A stretch of 64,000 nucleotides of DNA, taken from assembly GCA_964016885.1 (NCBI GenBank), contig OZ024743.1, forward strand, positions 336,288,001 through 336,352,000, given 5' to 3'. This DNA comes from Eledone cirrhosa (Eukaryota). This document shows, one piece after another, positions 48,001 through 58,161 of this stretch. The position numbers and the translations under genes are program-made. Positions within the stretch are counted from its first letter, which is position 1; every line of letters begins with the position of its first letter. The notes beneath the pieces were generated by a model that ran no database searches, was not told where the DNA came from, and worked only from the letters and a program-made list of their open reading frames with translations.

Positions 48001-50540
48001 CCTTCCCTCTTTCACTCTGTCTCTATCTTCCAGTCTGCCTCCTTCCCTCTTTCTCTCTGTCTCTATCTTCCAGTCTGTCTCCTTCCCTCTTTCTCTCTGT
48101 CTCTATCTTCCAGTCTGTCTCCTTCCCTCTTTCTCTCTGTCTCTATCCTCCAGTCTGTCTCCTTCCCTTTTTCTCTCTCTCTCTATCTTCCAGTCTTCCT
48201 CCTTCCCTCTTTCTCTCTGTCTCTATCTTCCAGTCTGTCTCCTTCCCTCTTTCTCTCTGTCTCTATCTTCCAGTCTGTCTCCTTCCCTCTTTCTCTCTGT
48301 CTCTATCTTCCAGTCTGTCTCCTTCCCTCTTTCTCTCTGTCTCTATCTTCCAGTCTGTCTCCTTCCCTCTTTCTCTCTGTCTCTATCTTCCAGTCTGTCT
48401 CCTTCCCTTTTTCTCTCTCTCTCTATCTTCCAGTCTGTCTCCTTCGCTCTTTCTCTCTGTCTCTATCTTCCAGTCTGTTTCCTTCCCTCTTTCTCTCTGT
48501 CTCTATCTTCCAGTCTGTCTCCTTCCCTCTTTCTCTCTCTCTCTATCTTCCAGTCTGTCTCCTTCCCTCTTTCTCTCTGTCTCTATCTTCCAGTCTGTCT
48601 CCTTCCCTCTTTCTCTCTGTCTCTGTCTTCCAGTCTGTCTCCTTCCCTCTTTCTCTCTGTCTCTATCTTCCAGTATGTCTCCTTCCCTCTTTCTCTCTGT
48701 CTCTATCTTCCAGTCTGTCTCCTTCCCTCTTTCTCTCTGTCTCTATCTTCCAGTCTGTCTCCTTCCCTCTTTCTCTCTGTCTCTATCTTGCAGTCTGTCT
48801 CCTTCCCTCTTTCTCTCTGTCTCTATCTTCCAGTCTGTCTCCTTCCCTCTTTCTCTCTGTCTCTATCTTCCAGTCTGTCTCCTTCTTTCTTTCTCTCTGT
48901 CTCTATCTTCCAGTCTGTCTCCTTCCCTCTTTCTCTCTCTCTCTATCTTCCAGTCTGTCTCCTCCCCTCTTTCTCTCTCTCTCTATCTTCCAGTCTGTCT
49001 CCTTCCCTCTTTCTCTCTCTCTCTATCTTCCAGTCTGTCTCCTTCCCTCTTTCTCTCTGTCTCTATCTTCCAGTCTGTCTCCTTGCCTTTTTCTCTCTGT
49101 CTCTATCTTGCAGTCTGTCTCCTTCCCTCTTTCTCTCTGTCTCTATCTTCCAGTCTGTCTCCTTCCCTCTTTCTCTCTGTCTCTATCTTCCAGTCTGTCT
49201 CCTTCCCTCTTTCTCTTTGTCTCTATCTTCCAGTCTGTCTCCTTCCCTCTTTCTCTCTGTCTCTATCTTCCACTCTGTCTCCTTCCCTCTTTCTCTCTGT
49301 CTCTATCTTCCAGTCTGTCTCCTTCCCTCTTTCTCTCTGTCTCTATCTTCCAGTCTGTCTCCTTCCCTCTTTCTCTCTGTCTCTATCTTCCAGTCTGTCT
49401 CCTTCCCTCTTTCTCTCTGTCTCTATCTTCCAGTCTGTCTCCTTCCATCTTTCTCTCTGTCTCTATTTCCAGTCTGTCTCCTTCCCTCTTTCTCTCTGTC
49501 TCTATCTTCCAGTCTGTCTCCTTCCCTCTTTCTCTCTGTCTCTATCTTCCAGTCTGTCTCCTTCCCTCTTTCTCTCTCTCTCTATCTTCTAGTCTGTCTC
49601 CTTCCCTCTTTCTCTCTGTCTCTATCTTCCAGTCTGTCTCCTTCCCTCTTTCTCTCTCTCTCTATCTTCCAGTCTGTCTCCTTCCCTCTTTCTCTCTGTC
49701 TCTATCTTACAGTCTGTCTCCTTCCCTCTTTCTCTCTCTCTCTATCGTCCAGTCTGCCTCCTTCCCTCTTTCTCTCTGTCTCTATCTTCCAGTCTGTCTC
49801 CTTCCCTCTTTCTCTCTGTCTCTATCTTCCAGTCTGTCTCCTTCCCTCTTTCTCTCTCTCTCTATCTTCCAGTCTGTCTCATTCCCTCTTTCTCTCTCTC
49901 TATCTTCCAGTCTGTCTCCTTCCCTCTTTCTCTCTGTCTCTATCTTCCAGTCTGTCTCCTTCCCTCTTTCTCTCTGTCTCTATCTTCCAGTCTGCCTCCT
50001 TCCCTCTTTCTCTCTGTCTCTATCTTCCAGTCTGTCTCCTTCCCTCTTTCTCTCTGTCTCTATCTTCCAGTCTGTCTCCTTCCCTTTTTCTCTCTCTATC
50101 TTCCAGTCTGTCTCCTTCCCTCTTTCTCTCTCTCTCTCTATCTTCCAGTCTGTCTCCTTCCCTCTTTCTCTCTGTCTCTATCTTCCAGTCTGTCTCCTTC
50201 CCTCTTTCTCTCTCTCTCTATCTTCCTAGTCTGTCTCCTTCCCTCTTTCTCTCTGTCTCTATCTTCCAGTCTGTCTCCTTCCCTCTTTCTCTCTCTCTCT
50301 ATCTTCCAGTCTGTCTCCTTCCCTCTTTCTCTCTCTCTCTCTCTATCTTCCAGTCTGTCTCCTTCCCTCTTTCTCTCTGTCTCTATCTTCCAGTCTGTCT
50401 CCTTCCCTCTTTCTCACTGTCTCTATCTTCCAGTCTGTCTCCTTCCCTCTTTCTCTCTCTCTCTATCTTCCTAGTCTGTCTCCTTCCCTCTTTTTCTCTG
50501 TCTCTATCTTCCAGTCTGTCTCCTTCCCTCTTTCTCTCTG
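1..50540. repeat. 40-bp pyrimidine-rich tandem satellite array, about 1,260 monomers, extends past the left window edge
   Basis: Consensus TTCCAGTCTGTCTCCTTCCCTCTTTCTCTCTGTCTCTATC repeats head-to-tail without insertion until ...TTTCTCTCTG at 50540. Only 5 purines per 40 nt on +. Copy number is length divided by 40. Confidence 0.99.
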
Positions 50541-50884
50541 GCTTTCCCTTTATCTCTCTCTCCCTCTCGTTCTCTTTCTAACGCACCTACTCACAAACAT
50601 ACACACACACTCACACATACTCACACACTCAAACACGCACACACACACTCACACAGACACACACACTAACACACACAGACAGGCCCACACACACCTATAC
50701 ATACACTCACACGCACTCAAACACACACTCACTCAGACACACACACACTCAAACACTCAGACACACACACACACTTACACACACACATATACACATTGCC
50801 ACACACAAACACACACACACACACACTCAATCACACACACACACACAGGCCTCCACACGTACACCCATACACACTCCCCCACAT
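50541..50884. repeat. Short CT-rich tract followed by a degenerate (CA)n microsatellite bordering the satellite
   Basis: CT-rich 50541-50579, then interrupted ACACAC runs 50580-50884. Confidence 0.9.
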
Positions 50885-51835
50885 AAGCGCGTGCTAAGAT
50901 AATAATCACTATCAAAGGGGAAAATCAATAAAGGGTCCTTTTATTTCTCGTGTATTCACCATCAGCCTCATCTGGAATATGGTTTGTTGCTCTGCAGTGT
51001 GTTTAATGCTTCATGTCTCTCATTTTCTATTTGTCTTCTTGTCTTTTGTTTTTCCCGTTTCTTTTTCTTTTCGTGGTTTTTATTTTTATATTATTTTATT
51101 TTATTTTCCGACATTTTATTTCCTGTTTGCTTACTTAGTACAATTTCGTCTATTTTCTTTCTTTTGGACTGTTTATTTATTTCTATCTCTCTCTCTCACT
51201 ATATATATATATATGTATATATATATAATTTATTTTTATTTCTTATTCCATTTTTTCTTCGTTTGATTATATCGTGTGTTTGTTTCTTGCTAATATTTTA
51301 GGGGTCGATAGATATCTTTATACTGTAACATTTGAGCAAAAAGAAAAGAAAAAAGCTCGTCTGTTGGAATCATACCAGGTTATTTTGAGAGATTAAGTTA
51401 TATAGTAACATGTCTCGTCTCTTTCTACTAATTAAGGTTCTTTGAAAACCAAGTTATCTAGAATTTGGGATATTGAGAGAAAATGTATTCATATTTCCGC
51501 TATCTTTAACATTATGGCTGATGCAAATTTCCTCATTGGAGTGTTCCTCATACAAAATGCAAGCGTTACTTTATAATACGTTAACACCTTTCGGTTCACT
51601 GAAATTATCCTAAAAATTAGTTGGCAAAAATGCTATCAATAGGTGTAGTATGGTGTGGTATGTTCACGAAACTCCTGATTGAGCCGTATGGACGCCATAT
51701 TAACATACGGCATTTCTAGGGTATTATAAAACCTGGTGGAGCCCATCTCAGCTCCAGATCTGAATACAGAAGATTTATTCTAGAGAAGGATAGGAAGTAA
51801 GAGAAACAAAGTGAAAAAGAGATATAGAGGAAGAA

Positions 51836-51915
51836 TTGACCTCAGTACTAGACTGGTACTTTTTTATCAACCTTGAATGGATGAAAAGCAAAGTCGACCT
51901 GGGCGCGATTTGAAC
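51836..51915 (-). mobile_element. tRNA-derived SINE fragment
   Basis: Minus strand reads GTTCAAATCG (B-box-like)-CGCCCAGGTCGACTTTGCTTTTCATCCATTCAAGGTTGATAAAAAAGTACCAG. A related copy lies at 52274-52366. Resembles from memory a common octopus SINE with a Meta-type central domain. Confidence 0.65.
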
Positions 51916-52030
51916 AATAGATGGATAAAATCTAAAAACCATCGAGTGAGACAATTCGAATAAAATCAATTAACTTGACGTTATTTTTACTCATTACTCC
52001 AAATGTTCATATATAATTTGCGAACTCAAC

Positions 52031-52205
52031 TTGGCCGAATGGTTATGAAGTTTGCTTCGTAATCCTTACGTGCCAGGTTTGATTCCATTGCATGGCATCT
52101 TGGGCAAGTGTCATTTATTATAGACTTGCAAGTGATATAAAGTGAACATAAGCATTTTGGATTGAGTGTACCTGTAATTCAAATAACCTACTGTATCACG
52201 CTGAG
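52031..52205 (+). mobile_element. Degenerate tRNA-derived SINE (Pol III A and B boxes)
   Basis: A-box TGGCCGAATGG at 52032-52042, B-box-like GGTTTGATTCC at 52076-52086, followed by CTTGGGCAAGTG typical of SINE central domains. No intact cloverleaf seen. Confidence 0.6.
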
Positions 52206-52273
52206 GGGGAGGAGGAGAAGAAGAAGAAGAATTATCTGATTGAAAGTTATTTGAAGAAAGTGTTAATTTTTTG

Positions 52274-52366
52274 TTTCTGATTTAGGCACAAGACCAAAAT
52301 ATTTGGTCGTTTAAATGGACTCCAGTTTGTTGCTGGTACATTATTTTATCAACCCAGTAGGATGAA
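52274..52366 (-). mobile_element. Second, more diverged fragment of the SINE at 51836
   Basis: Shares GAC.CCAGT...CTGGTAC..TTTTATCAACC...GGATGAA with 51838-51885. Confidence 0.55.
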
Positions 52367-52790
52367 TTATTGAATAGAAGTGTTAAAATCGGAGGGGCAT
52401 GAAATTATACTCGGTAACTTTCAAACAAAAATTATTGAAGGAAGTTGATGAAAACTTAAAAGTTCTAGAAATCTATTCTTATTATGCATTAAATTAAAAA
52501 AAATTGAAATATATTTATCAAAAATGAATTCAATGAAAGCAGGGGAAATATTTTCAATGTAATAAATGATATACGAAAGAAGATGATGACATGATGATGA
52601 TATGATATACAGAAACAATGAAACAATAATCTCGAAATTCGTTGGAAAGAAATGTAAAAAAACGTTAAAACAGAAAATTCTTGTATTAATCTCAGGAAAT
52701 AATAAATTGATAGCTGCTATGTGATTACTCATCGAAAGTGGTATTGAAGCGGAATTGCCAAATATCTGCTTTCAGAGACACAATAACACG

Positions 52791-52839
52791 ATATATATAT
52801 ACATATATATATATATATATTATATATATTGGAAATCCA

Positions 52840-52914
<75 letters not shown>
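52791..52914. repeat. (TA)n microsatellite
   Basis: Interrupted TA run read directly. Confidence 0.95.
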
Positions 52915-52917
<3 letters not shown>

Positions 52918-53037
52918 AAAAAGTATGACCCCGACAGCAGAGCTCAAGCCGTTTCGACGGCTATTTCTGGACGAGTACTCTGGTGCGTTATGGTCCATCT
53001 GGTTCCTTACCACATCTCCTTCGTTATATATATATAT

Positions 53038-53460
53038 ACTAGGTTAGGAACCCGGCTTCGCCCCGGAGAACAGTTAAGAGAAGACAGATAAAAGAGAAGA
53101 CGACTGTATTGGATGCGTTGCCTGGTATGGGGTGAAACCGTAATGTGTGTGTGAGAGAGAGAGACATAAAAAAAACAATCATAACACTTCTTTATTAGGC
53201 TGGGAGAGTAAACTGCCGATTAAATGGTAGCATAGGCTTTGGATTTTAAATGTAAAATAACCATAATCAGTGTGATATTTTTCAACTCCAAAGGACGCCA
53301 TCTGAAACACAGCAATATCCCACAAAACTGAAGTATTTAGCCTCGTTAGTACGGTCTGTAAGTAATATATGGATAAAAGCCGGAGGGTAGATTAATTTCA
53401 AATAGTATTAATTTTTCTTTGTTCTGTTAAATCAAAGACTGGGAAACTACTTTATAAAAG
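53038..53460 (+). mobile_element. Possible non-autonomous Helitron/Helentron-type (Lep1/DINE-like) element
   Basis: Begins after a TA run with ACTAG...ACCCGGCTTCGCCCCGG (terminal hairpin motif typical of these elements) and has an internal GT/GA microsatellite. Right end is uncertain. Confidence 0.35.
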
Positions 53461-53499
53461 CTAACTCAATATTGTTAAACCTTCAACTTTTGTTGGGAC

Positions 53500-53878
<379 letters not shown>

Positions 53879-53886
<8 letters not shown>

Positions 53887-53930
53887 TTTCGGTGACAGCC
53901 ATCATTGGCTGTGACCTCTTCAGGCAGTCC
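53879..53930 (-). ncRNA. Truncated type I hammerhead-ribozyme-like motif (Penelope type)
   Basis: Minus strand: GGACTGC-CTGAAGA-GGTCACAGCCA-ATGA-TGGCTGTCACC-GAAA-TATATA-TA. Stem II pairs 10 of 11. The 3' arm of stem I is replaced by the TA array. Confidence 0.6.
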
Positions 53931-54040
53931 GAATTGGTGTGGAAAAGACAGGTACACATGTTGCTGAAGTGTGTTTTACTCCATCAATACATCGATATGT
54001 CCAGCTCTGGGTGTGTTGTTATTTCGCTGAGGAACTGGAA

Positions 54041-54237
54041 AACAATTACGCGCAAAGACAGAACCACGTTTATGGTATAAAAGAAGTCGTAGACTAATGT
54101 TATCTTAGGTGGTTCATGGAGACGTTCTCTGGCAATGAACGGAAAACACGAAGATAATACGTCATATGTGGATCGTGGAGAACAATTGAACGCAAAGACA
54201 AAACCACGTAACTGGTATAGCTGAAGTCGTAGACTAA
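54041..54237. repeat. Diverged ~57-bp direct repeat pair, offset 140 bp
   Basis: AACAATT..CGCAAAGACA.AACCACGT...TGGTATA...GAAGTCGTAGACTAA at 54041-54097 and 54181-54237. Confidence 0.8.
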
Positions 54238-54813
54238 AATTCTAACTAGGAAACCGAATGATTCTCCGCTTCAGAGTTAAGAATAAGTAAATAAAATACA
54301 ATACAGAGGTAATTGATATTAAATAAATACATACACGCATCCAAATACGTATATACACAAGCATACGCGAAAACACTCGCCATAGGTATACAAAACCACG
54401 CACATATAAATATATGTGTGTGTATACGAATAAATAAGTAATTAAATAAACGTATATAAATAAATAAATACGTATATAACAATCGCACACACATACCTAC
54501 ATGTAAATACACAAATGTTCGGAGACGTATGTCAACCAAAACATGAAGTACACATATACACACACCCAACATACGTACGAACCCGCATACTCACACAGAC
54601 GCAAAACTCCCGTATACACATAACAAAAAGCATATGTATCAGAATATATAAAATATACGCCATAACATATACAATCAAATATACGCACGAGAATGTATAC
54701 GTACCTAAACAAAACATACAGGTAATATATACTTACCTATGCAAATAAGTAATGGTATAAACATAACATATACTTAGCTACCTCTTTGGATTTTAGTCTT
54801 CAAATTTATTATC

Positions 54814-54856
<43 letters not shown>

Positions 54857-54861
<5 letters not shown>

Positions 54862-55455
54862 AATGAAGAATAGAAATAGAAGTTGGATATCCGTCATCAG
54901 TGGTCTATAAGCCATGACAGGTATTTCTTCGCATTACAGACCATATACCTCCTGCTGGGCGATACAATAACTAAAATAAGTTATTGGAATAAAAAGAGTT
55001 GGGTGGAGAAAGAGAGACAGGTAAACAAACGCGAATGGTGAGGCAACGTAAAGAGAGGAAAAAAATGAGAAAATCAAGTCAATAATTCATTTCGAACATA
55101 AGAACTTCCGAATATTGACGAGAAGGTAAAGACACATCTTGGCCGTGCGGATGTGAGCGAGGAAAAAAGAATCTCGTGCGGTGTGGGACGATGGAGGAAG
55201 TGAGAGAGAGGGTGAGTAGCAGATAGTGAATGAAAGTGTGAGGAAGAGGCTAGCCGAGAGAGGGTGATTGAAAGTAAGAGGGAGAAGAAGAGAGAAGGGG
55301 GAGAGAGAAAGAGGATAGCAGTAAGGGAAGAGAAAAATACCGGTCATAGCGAAGGGGAAAGCATATATGAATGAAAAATAGCGAGCTGTGTTGATGCAAT
55401 TAAGTATAATAAATGAAGAATAGAAGTTAGGAATACCCGTCATCAGCGGTCTACT
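54857..55455 (+). mobile_element. Non-autonomous repeat with subterminal inverted repeats (Helentron/HINE-like), plus a truncated second start
   Basis: Hairpin GGATATCCGTCAT (54885)...ATGACAGGTATTTC (54914); related motif AATACCGGTCAT at 55336; first ~50 bp repeated at 55405-55455; homologous inverted copy at 57181-57316; flanked by TA runs. Confidence 0.5.
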
Positions 55456-55760
55456 AATATATATATATATATAATATATAAATATATATATATATATAAT
55501 ATATGCAAAGTTTTATTTAAATTGTTGGGTTACAACGAGTAAATATTTATAACTGATATAAAAGCACTCAACAAGTATTTGGAGTATATTTCTTCTTTTT
55601 TTCTTCTTTTTCTTCGTTTTTCTTTCTTTCTTTCTTTCTTTCTTTTTTTCTTTCTTTTTATAACTGTCCATAATATTTTCACTACCAAATCAACTTTTCA
55701 AATGCAAGTCGAAGTTGAAAGGTATGTCGAATCTATCTATTTATAAGACTGTTTATATTG

Positions 55761-55826
55761 TATTTTGTCTGAAGAAGGCATAACATATTTTTAATATGAT
55801 ATCCCTGAAATATATATAATGAAATA
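55761..55826 (+). ncRNA. Type I minimal hammerhead-ribozyme-like motif (Penelope type)
   Basis: TATTTTGT-CTGAAGA-AGGCATAACATATT-TTT-AATATGATATCCCT-GAAA-TATATA-TA-ATGAAATA. Stem I has 8 pairs (2 wobble), stem II pairs 12 of 14, stem III is minimal with a palindromic ATAT loop. AATAAA at 55823. Confidence 0.7.
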
Positions 55827-55867
55827 AATATGGTTTTATAAATATAATTTCCATTTATTTAATATCG

Positions 55868-56032
<165 letters not shown>

Positions 56033-56942
56033 AACAAGCAGCAATACCCAGCGTTGCCTGGGTAGTTAAAATAATATCTGCTTTGATGAAAAGGTGTTGA
56101 TCTTAGCGACTGCGAGTTTCTTGAAAATCGGTCTTAAGGTGTAGCAAATGGCGAAATGGTGAGTGAAATCGTATGGAATATGTGGGAGGTGGAAAAAATC
56201 GTATGTTGAAGAGTTAAACGGCTGCCACGCCGTCTCTGAACAGAAAATGCAAAGTGTAAAGCTACTATAAGATGTGCAACGATAGGTTCTATCGTAGCAT
56301 ACAAGTTGAACCAAATAAATTGATTTATGTGTGAGGTGGATCCGAAGTTTCGAATTTGAACGAAATCGGTTGAAAAATGTGGAAGTTAGAGCCGAAAAGG
56401 CGGAAATTTGAGCAAAAAGGTGGTATTTTCGAAAGTTTAAGCGGCTGCCACGCCATTCCTGAACAGAAGATCCAAAATGTAAAGGCACTTTAAGACGTGA
56501 AACAATCAGATCTAGCGTAGTGTAAAATTTGAACAAAGTAGGTTGATTAATCTGGGAGCTAGAGCCGAAAAAGTGGTATTTTTCAATATTCAAGCGGCTG
56601 CCACGCCGTCCCTAAACAATAAATGCAAAATATAAAGCAATTAGTGGATGTGCAATGATAAATTCTATTGTGCTTTAAAATTTGAACGAAATCGGTGGCA
56701 AAATATGGGGGCTAGAGCCAAAGCCAATAATCTTATTTTTCGATACCTAAAAAAGGTGACACCCTATCGATTTTTATCTGCAGAATGACCCAGAAATAAA
56801 AGAAAACGATACGCTGATATATAGAAAACACTCCACGATGACTAATCTATGAACCTGTAAAGTTTCATGAAAATCGGTCTTAAGATGTAGGCCCCTATAG
56901 GTAATACACAGCTACACACACACACATACGTAATTTTATATA
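56033..56942 (+). mobile_element. Non-autonomous Helitron/Helentron-type (Lep1/DINE-like) element with internal subrepeats
   Basis: 5' hairpin TACCCAG-CGTTGC-CTGGGTA (56045-56064); core AAGTTTCATGAAAATCGG near the 3' end, then (CA)n and TTTTATATAT; three CGGCTGCCACGCC subrepeats at 56219, 56442 and 56595; inserted between TA arrays. Confidence 0.6.
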
Positions 56943-57053
56943 TATACATATATATATATATATATAATATATATATATAATATATATATATAATATATAT
57001 AATATATAATATATATATATAATATATATATATATACAATATATATACATAAT

Positions 57054-57129
<76 letters not shown>

Positions 57130-57153
57130 ATATATTATATATATATATATTAT
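56943..57153. repeat. (TA)n microsatellite
   Basis: Interrupted TA run read directly. Confidence 0.95.
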
Positions 57154-57180
57154 AATCTTCGGTTAGCTTCCCCCTGTGTT

Positions 57181-57316
57181 GTTTACTTGTCTCACTCGCT
57201 TTACGCGTTTCTATTGTCCTAATAACTTATTTTAGTTATTATCGCTCCAACGTGAGGTATATGATTTTTAATGCGATGAAATACCCATGATCGTTTGGTA
57301 AATCACTGATGAGGGA
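57181..57316 (-). mobile_element. Diverged inverted copy of the 54857 repeat family
   Basis: Reverse complement shares TCATCAGTG, GGTATTTC.TCGCATTA, CATATACCTC, AATAACTAAAATAAGTTATT and GAGACA.GTAAAC with 54889-55026. Confidence 0.7.
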
Positions 57317-57475
57317 CTCATTTTATAACATGTTATCCATGTGCAACCAGCAGTATTCTTCTCACCCATATTTTCATATAATATATATATATATATACGT
57401 TATTCCGGGTTGAGGTAACCACAGTAAGTAAGGTACTCATTACATTGCAGAGTATAAAAGTTTTAATATAGATGA

Positions 57476-57524
57476 GATTCTACAGGACTAGAACTGTTTC
57501 ATTCTTTAGAAATCATCAGGTATC
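57476..57524 (-). ncRNA. Degenerate type I hammerhead-ribozyme-like motif
   Basis: Minus strand: GATAC-CTGATGA-TTTCTAAAGAAT-GAAA-CAG-TTCTAGTC-CTG-TA-GAATC. GUA triplet, stem III paired, one mismatch each in stems I and II. Confidence 0.55.
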
Positions 57525-57671
57525 ATATATAATATATATATAATATATATATATATATCTATAATATATATATATATTATATATATATATAATATATATA
57601 TATATATTATATATATATATATTATATATATATATATATATAATATATATATAATATATATATATATATAT
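57525..57671. repeat. (TA)n microsatellite
   Basis: Interrupted TA run read directly. Confidence 0.95.
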
Positions 57672-57755
57672 TTATTTATTTATGTAGTAAACAACATAAG
57701 ATAATTATTTCATTTACCAGTTTATGTTTTTTTATTCATTCTGACAACTGAAAAC

Positions 57756-58032
57756 TGTTGTATGGACTGGGAATCGAACTCACAACCTCATTGTTGTGTG
57801 GACTGTTGAATTCGTTTTATTCAATTTACACGTGCTCACACATTTGCATATGAATCACGTGACCTGGGCAGTCAGTCAGCGTTGGTATTAAAAACTCGGT
57901 CACAGACTGCTTGACTTACTTTATGTTATTCTGCTACTGTGTGGAGGGGTATTTTGGTTGTTTCGTACAATACACAAATTATTTGATATAACTCGTTGTG
58001 TTTTCTCTGCGTGTACCGAGAGGAATACAACA
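57756..58032 (+). repeat. 5' LTR (277 bp)
   Basis: Direct repeat of 62444-62720 with 10 substitutions and no indels by manual count (~96% identity). Confidence 0.96.
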
Positions 58033-58040
58033 GAGTTTAT

Positions 58041-58059
58041 TGGCGTCGCCGATAGGATT
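58041..58059 (+). promoter_or_regulatory. Primer-binding site, probably for a tRNA-Ser
   Basis: TGGCGTCGCCGATAGGATT, 8 nt after the LTR. Its reverse complement AATCCTATCGGCGACG-CCA looks like a tRNA 3' end with a G discriminator. The tRNA identity is inferred. Confidence 0.75.
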
Positions 58060-58140
58060 TACCTACATTGCCGATAGGATTTACCTACATTGCCGATAGG
58101 ATTTACCTACATGGCCGATAGGATTTACCTACATTGCCGG
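58048..58140 (+). repeat. 4 x 22-bp tandem repeat overlapping the PBS
   Basis: GCCGATAGGATTTACCTACATT at 58048, 58070, 58092 and 58114, plus a partial GCCG. Confidence 0.97.
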
Positions 58141-58161
58141 GTAATTGTTTATCATAAAAAC

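Noticed and set aside
1-50540. CRISPR array or telomeric repeat
   Set aside because: No unique spacers, no cas genes, eukaryotic context, and no TTAGGG-like unit.
1350-50581. Dozens of long + strand Ser/Leu/Phe-rich ORFs up to 2514 aa
   Set aside because: The 40-bp pyrimidine monomer has no stop in any + frame, so all three frames give the same 40-aa cycle. Frame-shifting 39/41-bp monomers are tolerated and starts are chance variants.
52031-52100. Functional tRNA gene
   Set aside because: A and B boxes are present but there is no acceptor-stem pairing or oligo-T terminator; it continues into SINE-like body sequence.
52925-52965. Minus-strand GAAA-CGGC...GCTG-TC resembling the 3' half of a hammerhead
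   Set aside because: No CUGANGA core or stem I partner upstream; at most a fragment.
57290-57350. CTGATGA at 57307 (and antisense at 54894 and 55440) as hammerhead cores
   Set aside because: No correctly placed GAAA/UH; the heptamer is part of the hairpin of the 54857 repeat family.
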